From sequence record SRR31156797_11091: 39,567 nt of DNA; one strand, given 5' to 3'. Position 1 is the stretch's first letter. The number at the start of each line of letters is the position of its first letter. Below the pieces are notes generated by a model. It was not told where the DNA came from. It saw nothing but the letters and a program-made list of their open reading frames with translations, and searched no databases. A program made the position numbers and the translations under genes. Shown here one piece after another: positions 31,233 to 39,567 of the stretch.

Positions 31233-31273
31233 AGCTAACAGAACAATTAATCATTGAAGGGTTTCGCGTCTGT

Positions 31274-32407
31274 ATGGCGATAACGGTAAACACCAATGTT
31301 TCAGCATTAGTGGCTCAGCGCCACTTAAATTCTGCGACAGAAATGCTCAGCCAATCATTAGAACGCTTGTCTTCGGGGAAGAAGATCAATAGCGCTAAAG
31401 ATGATGCTGCCGGTTTACAAATTTCAAATCGCTTAGAGTCTCAAATGCGAGGCTTAGACGTCGCCGTGCGTAACGCCAATGATGGTATATCAATCATGCA
31501 GACCGCAGAAGGTGCGATGCAAGAGAGTACCAACTTGTTGCAACGTATGCGCGATTTGTCATTACAGTCTGCAAACGGTTCGAACAGTAAAGCGGAAAGA
31601 GTCGCTTTACAGGAAGAAATGGCCGCTTTGAATGATGAATTGAATAGAATCGCGGAAACGACCTCTTTTGGTGGTCGAAAATTGCTCAATGGCTCTTTTG
31701 GTCAATCTTCTTTTCAGATCGGTGCGAGCTCAGGCGAAGCGGTTCAAATTTCGTTAAACAATATGCGCTCCGACAGTATTGATATGGGCGGTTTTAGTTA
31801 TGTTGGCCGCCAGTCATTGGATAACCAGTGGCAGGTGTCACAAGGTAACAACCAATTAATGATTCATTACGTTGATGCCAGTGGTGAAGATGCGACGATT
31901 CAAATTCACGCCAAACAGGGTGACGATATTGAAGAGCTTGCTACTTATATCAACGGCCAAACAGATCAAGTTTCTGCTTCGGTTAATGAAGATGGGCAGT
32001 TGCAAATCTTTATGGCGGGGAAGGAAACGTCAGGGACTTTGTCGTTCAGCGGTAACTTAGCAAATGAGTTGCAAATGGAACTCAAAGGCTATGAATCGGT
32101 TGATAACCTAGATATTTCTTCTGCTGGTGGTGCTCAGCGCGCCGTATCGGTATTGGATACCGCTCTGCAATTTGTGGATAGCCACAGAGCTGAGCTGGGG
32201 GCAATGCAGAATCGTTTTTCTCACGCGATTAATAACCTTGATAACGTGCACGAAAACTTAGCGGCATCGAACAGCCGTATCAAAGATACCGATTACGCGA
32301 AAGAAACCACCAAAATGATTAAACAGCAGATCTTGCAACAGGTCAGCACATCAATTCTTGCTCAAGCGAAGAAACAGCCCAACGTGGCTTTATCTCTGCT
32401 GGGGTAA
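31274..32407 (+). CDS. Divergent polar flagellin homologue (positional FlaE of V. cholerae, FlaF of V. parahaemolyticus/vulnificus)
   Basis: Flagellin N- and C-terminal domains ([34 protein letters not shown]); first of three. Confidence 0.93.
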   Translation: MAITVNTNVSALVAQRHLNSATEMLSQSLERLSSGKKINSAKDDAAGLQISNRLESQMRGLDVAVRNANDGISIMQTAEGAMQESTNLLQRMRDLSLQSANGSNSKAERVALQEEMAALNDELNRIAETTSFGGRKLLNGSFGQSSFQIGASSGEAVQISLNNMRSDSIDMGGFSYVGRQSLDNQWQVSQGNNQLMIHYVDASGEDATIQIHAKQGDDIEELATYINGQTDQVSASVNEDGQLQIFMAGKETSGTLSFSGNLANELQMELKGYESVDNLDISSAGGAQRAVSVLDTALQFVDSHRAELGAMQNRFSHAINNLDNVHENLAASNSRIKDTDYAKETTKMIKQQILQQVSTSILAQAKKQPNVALSLLG

Positions 32408-32540
32408 AAAGGAAAAAAGAGGTTTTTATCGACATCGGTTGATAAACCTTTAATAAAAAAATCGACTTTTTAAAGCTTTTAATGCTTTCGTCACGTTTAA
32501 ACCGCCAAACGAAGTTTTTTAAAAAAATCGAAAAAATTTT

Positions 32541-32568
32541 CTAAAGGTTCCAGAACAGGTGCCGTTAT
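32541..32568 (+). promoter_or_regulatory. sigma28 promoter of flagellin 2
   Basis: cTAAA-N15-GCCGTTAT with upstream A/T tracts. Confidence 0.82.
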
Positions 32569-32650
32569 AGAAAGTAACTTTGAGAGAACTACTTGGTTTT
32601 CCGAGACGTCGGAAACCTGAAACATCGGAAAATCAATTGGAGAAATCACC

Positions 32651-33787
32651 ATGGCAGTGAATGTAAACACAAACGTATCAGCAATGACAGCCCAACGTTA
32701 CCTAAACAGTGCGACTAACGCACAACAAACGTCAATGGAGCGTCTATCTTCTGGTTCAAAAATCAACAGCGCAAAAGATGATGCAGCTGGTCTACAAATC
32801 TCGAACCGCTTGAATGTTCAAAGCCGTGGCTTAGACGTAGCAGTTCGTAACGCAAATGATGGTATTTCAATCGCTCAAACCGCTGAAGGTGCGATGAATG
32901 AAACAACTAACATTCTGCAACGTATGCGTGACTTGTCACTACAATCGACTAACGGTTCAAACTCTAAGTCTGAGCGCGTAGCGATTCAAGAAGAAGTATC
33001 TGCACTAAACGATGAGCTAAACCGTATTGCAGAAACAACTTCATTCGGTGGTAACAAGCTACTAAACGGTACTTTCGATACTAAGTCATTCCAAATCGGT
33101 GCTGACTCTGGTGAAGCGGTAATGCTAAGCCTAAACAACATGCGTAGTGACAACACTCGTATGGGTGGTACTAGTTACCAGGCTACTGAAAGTAAAGATA
33201 AGAGCTGGAATGTTCAATCAGGCGCTAACGACTTAACTATGTCGTACACTGACAAAGCAGGACAAGAGCAAACCATCAGCATCTCTGCTAAAGCAGGTGA
33301 TGATATTGAAGAACTGGCAACTTACATCAACGGTCAAACTGATACTGTGAAAGCATCTGTAAACCAAGATGGTCAGCTACAAGTATTCGCTGGTACTGAC
33401 AAACTCGATGGAGAAGTCGCGTTCGGTGGTTCTCTTGCTGGTGAACTAGGCTTAGGTGGTGAAGGTCGAGCAGTAACTGTTGACACTATCGACGTAACTT
33501 CAGTAGGTGGTGCACAAGAATCTGTTGCTATCATTGACTCAGCGTTGAAATTTGTAGATAGCCACCGTGCAGAACTGGGTGCTTTCCAAAACCGCTTTGA
33601 CCACGCGATCAGCAACTTAGACAACATCAACGAAAACGTGAATGCTTCTAAGAGCCGAATCAAAGACACTGACTTCGCGAAAGAAACAACTGCACTAACT
33701 AAATCGCAGATTCTTTCTCAAGCATCAAGCACTGTACTGGCACAAGCTAAACAGGCACCAAACGCAGCACTTAGCCTACTTGGTTAA
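32651..33787 (+). CDS. Polar flagellin (positional FlaD of V. cholerae, FlaB of V. parahaemolyticus)
   Basis: Canonical Vibrio flagellin [18 protein letters not shown]...ALSLLG; strong SD. Confidence 0.96.
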   Translation: MAVNVNTNVSAMTAQRYLNSATNAQQTSMERLSSGSKINSAKDDAAGLQISNRLNVQSRGLDVAVRNANDGISIAQTAEGAMNETTNILQRMRDLSLQSTNGSNSKSERVAIQEEVSALNDELNRIAETTSFGGNKLLNGTFDTKSFQIGADSGEAVMLSLNNMRSDNTRMGGTSYQATESKDKSWNVQSGANDLTMSYTDKAGQEQTISISAKAGDDIEELATYINGQTDTVKASVNQDGQLQVFAGTDKLDGEVAFGGSLAGELGLGGEGRAVTVDTIDVTSVGGAQESVAIIDSALKFVDSHRAELGAFQNRFDHAISNLDNINENVNASKSRIKDTDFAKETTALTKSQILSQASSTVLAQAKQAPNAALSLLG

Positions 33788-33801
33788 TCCGCTTCGAAAT
33801 G

Positions 33802-33829
33802 AAAAATCCAGCTTCGGCTGGATTTTTTT
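33802..33829 (+). terminator. Intrinsic terminator of flagellin 2
   Basis: AAAAATCCAGC-TTCG-GCTGGATTTTTTT. Confidence 0.88.
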
Positions 33830-33904
33830 ATGCATATAATTTATTGATTTTGTTGATTTTTTGTCTTTTTGCTATTGATTTTTTAAAAAAAAGTAAGTTT
33901 TTTC

Positions 33905-33932
33905 CTAAAGGTTATTAATTCTCCGCCGTTAC
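33905..33932 (+). promoter_or_regulatory. sigma28 promoter of flagellin 3 and flaG
   Basis: cTAAA-N15-GCCGTTAC. Confidence 0.82.
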
Positions 33933-34015
33933 AGAATACGAGAGAAATGAGGTGCGCTGGAGAGAGGTGAGAGACTCGAAGGCACACACCTAACAATCTG
34001 CCTAAGGAGATCAAC

Positions 34016-35146
34016 ATGGCAATAAGTGTGAACACGAATGTCGCTGGGATGACTGCTCAACGGTATTTGAACAATGCTGCGGATGGCACGCAAAAATCAA
34101 TGGAGCGTTTATCTTCGGGTTACCGAATCAACAGCGCGAAAGATGATGCTGCGGGTCTACAAATTTCAAACCGTTTAACTTCTCAAAGCCGTGGCTTAGA
34201 CATGGCAGTGAGAAATGCGAACGATGGTATCTCTATTGCACAAACTGCTGAAGGTGCAATGAATGAGACCACCAATATCCTTCAACGTATGCGTGACCTT
34301 TCTTTGCAATCGTCTAATGGTTCGAACTCTCGTTCTGAACGTCTTGCGATTCAAGAAGAGGTGACCGCACTTAATGACGAATTAAATCGTATTGCTGAAA
34401 CGACCTCTTTTGGTGGTAATAAACTACTGAACGGCTCATTCGGTGATAAATCATTCCAAATCGGTGCTAGTTCTGGTGAAGCGGTTTCTCTATCAATGGG
34501 TAACATGCGTTCAGATACTATGGAAATGGGTGGTAAAGCCTACCGAGCTGCAGAAGGCAAAGCCGCTGACTGGAAAGTAGGTGAAGCGAAAGACCTGACT
34601 TTAAGCTATACAGACAAGCAAGGTGACGCTCGTGAGCTGACTATCTCAGCAAAAGCGGGTGATGACCTTGAAGAAGTAGCAACTTATATTAATGGCCAAA
34701 GTGACGACATCAAAGCTTCTGTTGCTGAAGGTGGCAAGCTACAACTTTTTGCTGCAACGCAAAAAGTGCAAGGCGAGGTTGCTATCGGCGGTGACTTAGG
34801 TGCTGAAATTGGTTTTGCTCAAGCCGAAGACGTAACAGTGAAAGACATTGACGTATCAACAGTCGGTGGTTCACAAGAAGCGATTGGTATTATTGATGGT
34901 GCGTTAAAAGCAGTAGATAGCCAACGTGCTTCTCTAGGTGCTTTCCAGAACCGTTTTGGTCACGCGATTAGTAACTTAGATAACATCAACGAGAACGTCA
35001 ACGCGTCTCGTAGCCGTATCCAAGATACCGATTATGCTCGTGAGACTACAGCAATGACTAAATCGCAAATTCTACAACAAGCGAGTACGTCAGTGTTGGC
35101 ACAGGCTAAGCAGTCACCATCTGCAGCTCTAAGCTTATTGGGTTAA
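34016..35146 (+). CDS. Polar flagellin (positional FlaB of V. cholerae, FlaA of V. parahaemolyticus)
   Basis: Flagellin domains; immediately upstream of flaG. Confidence 0.96.
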   Translation: MAISVNTNVAGMTAQRYLNNAADGTQKSMERLSSGYRINSAKDDAAGLQISNRLTSQSRGLDMAVRNANDGISIAQTAEGAMNETTNILQRMRDLSLQSSNGSNSRSERLAIQEEVTALNDELNRIAETTSFGGNKLLNGSFGDKSFQIGASSGEAVSLSMGNMRSDTMEMGGKAYRAAEGKAADWKVGEAKDLTLSYTDKQGDARELTISAKAGDDLEEVATYINGQSDDIKASVAEGGKLQLFAATQKVQGEVAIGGDLGAEIGFAQAEDVTVKDIDVSTVGGSQEAIGIIDGALKAVDSQRASLGAFQNRFGHAISNLDNINENVNASRSRIQDTDYARETTAMTKSQILQQASTSVLAQAKQSPSAALSLLG

Positions 35147-35220
35147 CCTTTAAAGCAATTTGGGCTCTATGGGTAACAGATTAGGAGATATGTTACCTAT
35201 AAGGTGGAAGGGAGATTGTT

Positions 35221-35682
35221 ATGGAAATACCATCCTACACATCGAACGTCCAGCCTTTCGGCTCACAAAGTGGCATTAAATTTGCTTCAGAAAACGAAAG
35301 CGTAAATAGCGTTTCGAATTCTAGAAGGGAGGAACGTCCGGTTGAACGCTCAGATAAAATGACTGAGCATCTTTCAGAACAAAGAAAGAAAATCGAGCAA
35401 AAGTCGGTTGAAGCTGAAATTGAGCGCTCTCGTGAAAGAGAGAAGCTTAATGAAGATCGACGAGCTAAAATGGTAGAACAGGTTAGCGAATTCGTTAACT
35501 CTATCAATAAAGGATTGTCTTTCAGGATAGATGAAGAATCCGGACGGGATGTTGTTACGGTTTATGAAGCTTCTACAGGCGACATTATCCGACAGATCCC
35601 AGAAGAAGAAATGCTTGAAGTATTACGACGTCTTTCTCGTCAACAAGATCATAAATCCGGTCTGTTGATGGCTAAGGTGTAA
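35221..35682 (+). CDS. flaG: Flagellar protein FlaG
   Basis: LSFRIDEESGRDVV...IIRQIPEEE FlaG motif. Confidence 0.93.
   Translation: MEIPSYTSNVQPFGSQSGIKFASENESVNSVSNSRREERPVERSDKMTEHLSEQRKKIEQKSVEAEIERSREREKLNEDRRAKMVEQVSEFVNSINKGLSFRIDEESGRDVVTVYEASTGDIIRQIPEEEMLEVLRRLSRQQDHKSGLLMAKV
35271..35286 (+). promoter_or_regulatory. sigma54 promoter inside flaG
   Basis: TGGCAT-TAAAT-TTGCT with GG and GC at exact -24/-12 spacing. Confidence 0.7.
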
Positions 35683-35702
35683 ATGTTTTTTGAGGTGGTT
35701 GA

Positions 35703-37703
35703 ATGAGTTTAGGCCCGATGGGGATGAATACTGGCTTTGATATCAATTCCATGGTCAGCAAAATTGTCAATTCTGAGCGAGTGCCAAAGCAGCAAAGAAT
35801 TGATAATGAACGCGCAGGAATTGATACCAGTATTAGTGCCTACGGCAGACTCAGAGAGTCGCTGGATACAATGAAAAACTTGATGGCGAGTTTTCGTCAG
35901 GAGAAGGCCTTTGCGTTACGTAAAGTAGAAACTTCTGACGAGACTGCTGTCGCCGCGACCGCAACAACCGATGCCATAGCTGGTAGATACTCAGTCGATG
36001 TGTTGCAGCTTGCGCAGAGCCATAAAATTGCGTCAAATGTTCTTCCTGAAGACGCAAAGTTTGGTCCTGGTAAGCTGCAAATTTCGATGGGCAACAAAAG
36101 TTTTAACATAGAGGTGAAACCGCAAGCTAAGTTGGTCGACATCGTTCGAAGCATCAATAGCGAAAAAGGTAACCCAGGCGTTAGAGCGTCTGTCATTAAT
36201 GACATCGATGGACCACGTTTGATCGTGGCGTCAAACCTTTCAGGTCAAGAGAACCGGGTAACGATTTCTGCGCAAGCAGAACCTGGAAACCTCCTAAAGT
36301 CCTTAGAATATAAAACCCTCGAAGATCGCGTCAAAGATCTTGAAAAAGCACGCGCTTCCGCACAGCAGCTCATTGCCCCCCTTACGGCAGAGGAGCAAAA
36401 ACTTGCCGCTAAAGTGGCAGAAAAGATCGGTTTAGCCGCGCGCGAAATTGATGAGTCAGTTGCCCAACAAGTACAAACAGTCGCAGAAAAAGTCGATGAT
36501 GTTGCCGAAGCAAAAGCGGGCGCAACAGAACTCTCAGATGCCGCAGTAAAAGCGGCGGCTCAAGCGGGTGTTGAAGCCACTAAGTATCTGAAGCCGGAAG
36601 AGAGAATTCCTGGCTGGACAGAAACTGCGTCAGGCACACTGCTGGATTCTTACTATGAACCTGAACCGGAGCTTGATGATAAAGCGATTGAAAAATCCCA
36701 AGATGTTCCTGGCTGGAGTAACACCGCATCAGGGACGTTAACCGATTCTTACGTTACCCCTAAAGAAGCTCAGGCTCAGCTAGAAAATCAATTAGCGCAA
36801 GAAAAAGCCAACATATTATCGGCAGTGCAAAATGGGAGCATGAGCCCAGAAGAAGCCAAAGCCATCGAGCGAGCTAAATTGACGCCGGAAGAAAGAGCGT
36901 TATTAGAAAAAGTGGAATCGACCAACGAACAACTTAAAGCCGCTCAAGACTCTTTTGATGCCTATGCCGGTATGACAGAAGTACAATCGGCTCAAGACTC
37001 TATGGTGGTTCTTGATGGTGTCGCTAAGCTTTCCAGTAAAAATAATGTCATAGAAGATGCCATTGAAGGGGTCGATTTAACCCTAAAAGGCAAAACCGAG
37101 CCTAACCAACGACCAGCAGAGATTGATATTGAGTACGATCGCAACAGTGTTCGTGAAGATATCGAACAGTTTGTGAATGCTTACAACCAGTTTTATCAAA
37201 TATCAAAAGAGCTGTCAGGCGTTGACCCTAGAACAGGGCAAGCTGGCCCCTTAGCTGGCGATAGTGTCGTACGCAGTGCGGACTCACGACTTAAATCGGT
37301 GTTTTCGACCAAGATAGAACAGGCTCCAGAAACTCTACAAAGCCTGACAGAATTTGGTATTACGACCACTCGTCAAGGGACGATGGAAATCAATTATGAT
37401 ATGCTGGACCGTCAACTGAACAACAACTTTGATAAGTTGGGCGACTTTTTCGGAGGCAATCAAGGCTTTGCGAAAAAAGTGGAAGATGCTATCCAGGGGA
37501 TGACCGGTGTTACTGGGGTTATTCGTAATCGAGAGAAAACGCTTACGGAGAAAAACTACCGTCTTAATGATGACCAGGCCTCTCTTGATCGTCGTATGGA
37601 CGGTTTAGAGAAACGTACTCACGCTAAGTTTTCAGCCATGCAAGATGCAACGGGTAAAATGCAGTCGCAGCTAGCCGGAATGATGAACGCATTAGGTGGC
37701 TAA
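35703..37703 (+). CDS. fliD: Flagellar filament cap FliD (HAP2, FlaH)
   Basis: GFDINSMVSKIV, ISAYGRL, V.QLAQ, FVNAYN, GPLAGDS, KFSAM; 666 aa with a central insertion. Confidence 0.95.
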   Translation: MSLGPMGMNTGFDINSMVSKIVNSERVPKQQRIDNERAGIDTSISAYGRLRESLDTMKNLMASFRQEKAFALRKVETSDETAVAATATTDAIAGRYSVDVLQLAQSHKIASNVLPEDAKFGPGKLQISMGNKSFNIEVKPQAKLVDIVRSINSEKGNPGVRASVINDIDGPRLIVASNLSGQENRVTISAQAEPGNLLKSLEYKTLEDRVKDLEKARASAQQLIAPLTAEEQKLAAKVAEKIGLAAREIDESVAQQVQTVAEKVDDVAEAKAGATELSDAAVKAAAQAGVEATKYLKPEERIPGWTETASGTLLDSYYEPEPELDDKAIEKSQDVPGWSNTASGTLTDSYVTPKEAQAQLENQLAQEKANILSAVQNGSMSPEEAKAIERAKLTPEERALLEKVESTNEQLKAAQDSFDAYAGMTEVQSAQDSMVVLDGVAKLSSKNNVIEDAIEGVDLTLKGKTEPNQRPAEIDIEYDRNSVREDIEQFVNAYNQFYQISKELSGVDPRTGQAGPLAGDSVVRSADSRLKSVFSTKIEQAPETLQSLTEFGITTTRQGTMEINYDMLDRQLNNNFDKLGDFFGGNQGFAKKVEDAIQGMTGVTGVIRNREKTLTEKNYRLNDDQASLDRRMDGLEKRTHAKFSAMQDATGKMQSQLAGMMNALGG

Positions 37704-38013
37704 CGAGATGGAACAGCAAATCCATGCATTGCGTGATATTGATACTAAAATTAAAACAATACTAAATATTGATGATTTTGATGTTAAAGAAGTCACGCAG
37801 TTGGTCGATATAAGGGAACAACTATTGCAGGAGTTATTGTCGAAGGTGGCAGCAGACCCTGCTTGGAGCAGGTCTCAGCTCTGGCGAGACACGGTTCGGG
37901 ATACACAACAGCTTGTTGAACTGATGCAGTCTAAAACGACCATGATAGGTAAAGATTTACAGAAATTCCGTCACGGTAATAAATCGGTTCAACAATACAA
38001 AAAGTTTTTATAA
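37696..38013 (+). CDS. flaI: FlaI / FliT-like flagellar chaperone
   Basis: Helical 105-aa protein between fliD and fliS; LVDIREQLLQ, KSVQQYKKF. Confidence 0.78.
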   Translation: MANEMEQQIHALRDIDTKIKTILNIDDFDVKEVTQLVDIREQLLQELLSKVAADPAWSRSQLWRDTVRDTQQLVELMQSKTTMIGKDLQKFRHGNKSVQQYKKFL

Positions 38014-38025
38014 AAGAGGAAGACT

Positions 38026-38436
38026 ATGCGTGGTTCTTTACAGGCGTACAAAAAAGTATCAGTGGATAGCCAGCTAAGTGCGGCCTCACCGCATAAAATC
38101 GTACAGATGTTGATGGCTGGTGCCATTGAGCGATTGATTCAGGGTAAAGCAGCGATGCAACAGGGTAATATTCCTGCTAAAGGCGAGCGCTTGGGTAAAG
38201 CTCTGGATATCATTATTAGCTTACGTAGCTGTCTATCAATGGATGACGGTGGCGATATAGCGCAGAATTTAGATCAACTGTATGAGTTTATGATCACACA
38301 AATTACAGCTGCTAACCATCAGAACGATCCTCAGTTAATTGATGATGTAATAGACATTATCCGCGAGATAAAATCAGCATGGGATCAAATTCCAGCAGAA
38401 TATCATAATCTGACGTCTGCAGACGTAGGTTTGTAA
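38026..38436 (+). CDS. fliS: Flagellin chaperone FliS (FlaJ)
   Basis: AYKKV, ASPHKIVQML, GGDIAQNL.QLY, IKSAWDQI. Confidence 0.96.
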   Translation: MRGSLQAYKKVSVDSQLSAASPHKIVQMLMAGAIERLIQGKAAMQQGNIPAKGERLGKALDIIISLRSCLSMDDGGDIAQNLDQLYEFMITQITAANHQNDPQLIDDVIDIIREIKSAWDQIPAEYHNLTSADVGL

Positions 38437-38513
38437 GTTATCTCTGAAAGTGTTAACTCGGTACATCCTAGCTAATTGCTTGGTTGCCTTTATTTTTTTA
38501 TCACATAGAATAG

Positions 38514-38543
38514 AAGCCATTACTTAGCCTAATGGCTTTTTTT
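38514..38543 (+). terminator. Terminator after fliS
   Basis: AAGCCATTA-CTTAGCC-TAATGGCTTTTTTT. Confidence 0.7.
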
Positions 38544-38670
38544 GTTGCTGATTTCCACATTTTGTCTATCGTTTATTAAGAGATATAAATAATAATAAAT
38601 TGATTCCTCTAACGATCCACAACGTGAAAATACAGACTATTTTTCAGAATTAAGGCAAATATTCTCACCT

Positions 38671-39567
38671 ATGCAAGGTTTAGCAAAATTACTTGTGATT
38701 GAAGATGATCCGTCTATTCGTCTTAATCTCAGTATCATATTAGAATTTGTAGGAGAGCAATGTGAGGTGATTGAGTCCTCGCAAGCAGACAAAGTTGACT
38801 GGTCATCAACATGGACCGGCTGCATTCTTGGCTCAATGCAAGAAAATAAGTTGCCTGATTCTTTGGTTTCTTCTCTTACAAAATCAAATCATATCCCTCT
38901 TCTAATGGCGAACAAACAGCCATATTCATTAGAAGAGTTTCCTCAGTTTGTTGGCGAACTGGAATTTCCGCTTAATTATCCTCAAGTCAGTGAGGCTTTG
39001 AGACACTGTAAAGTGTTTTTAGGTCGACAAGGCATCAACGTTGTCGCTTCAGCCCGCAAGAACACCCTGTTTCGTAGTTTAGTTGGTCAGAGTGCGGGTA
39101 TTCAGGAAGTGCGTCATTTGATTGAACAGGTCGCAGGTACGGATGCGAACGTACTGATCTTGGGTGAGTCTGGAACGGGTAAAGAAGTGGTCGCTCGGAA
39201 CATTCACTACCATTCTGCTCGACGTAGCGGACCATTTGTGCCCATAAACTGCGGCGCGATTCCTGCGGAGCTATTAGAAAGTGAACTGTTTGGCCATGAA
39301 AAAGGGGCATTTACCGGCGCGATAACGGCAAGAAAAGGTCGTTTTGAATTGGCGGAAGGCGGCACACTGTTTTTAGATGAAATTGGCGACATGCCAATGA
39401 CAATGCAAGTTAAGTTGCTACGAGTACTTCAGGAGCGTTGCTTTGAACGCGTGGGCGGTAATACCACCATTAAAGTCAACGTGCGTATTGTGGCAGCCAC
39501 TCACCGTAATCTAGAAACCATGATAGAAGAGCATAGCTTCCGCGAAGATCTTTTCTATCGGTTGAAT
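38671..39567 (+). CDS. flrA: sigma54-dependent flagellar master regulator FlrA/FlaK (3' truncated; missing from the ORF track)
   Basis: Starts [13 protein letters not shown] (FleQ-like domain); Walker [36 protein letters not shown]; open to the window end. Confidence 0.95.
   Translation, partial: MQGLAKLLVIEDDPSIRLNLSIILEFVGEQCEVIESSQADKVDWSSTWTGCILGSMQENKLPDSLVSSLTKSNHIPLLMANKQPYSLEEFPQFVGELEFPLNYPQVSEALRHCKVFLGRQGINVVASARKNTLFRSLVGQSAGIQEVRHLIEQVAGTDANVLILGESGTGKEVVARNIHYHSARRSGPFVPINCGAIPAELLESELFGHEKGAFTGAITARKGRFELAEGGTLFLDEIGDMPMTMQVKLLRVLQERCFERVGGNTTIKVNVRIVAATHRNLETMIEEHSFREDLFYRLN

Noticed and set aside
31274..35146. Long direct repeats among three adjacent genes as a mobile element or assembly artefact
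   Set aside because: They are diverged flagellin paralogues with distinct promoters and leaders, a normal Vibrio arrangement

Overview
Core-genome segment of a Vibrio large chromosome (species cannot be determined from sequence alone). Order: 5' end of a tRNA (likely Met) with its stable-RNA promoter; ychF-pth-SPOR lipoprotein-prs-ispE-lolB on the minus strand; hemA-prfA-prmC-sirB2-sirB1-kdsA; ushA/nutA; ybaK; uraA; DUF2066; DUF2069-wrbA-arsC-like-bepA; tusA-like and perM; an amino-acid chemoreceptor; bcp-gcvR; dapA-bamC; DUF2897-M15 peptidase-dapE-yffB; small conserved hypotheticals; a DyP peroxidase; and the polar flagellin locus (three flagellins, flaG, fliD, flaI, fliS, partial flrA). I see no prophage, integrase, transposase, CRISPR array or defence system, and I cannot support a new multi-gene system here. 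The most notable signals are non-coding: three progressively collapsed ERIC/MITE-like palindromes, a nested stem-loop upstream of ushA, alternative pairings in a flagellin 5' UTR, a sigma54 promoter inside flaG and a PurR box at uraA. Protein-level curiosities include a repeat in the FliD insertion and a SPOR lipoprotein between prs and pth. Family and ortholog names come from motif recognition and recalled gene order, not from database searches.
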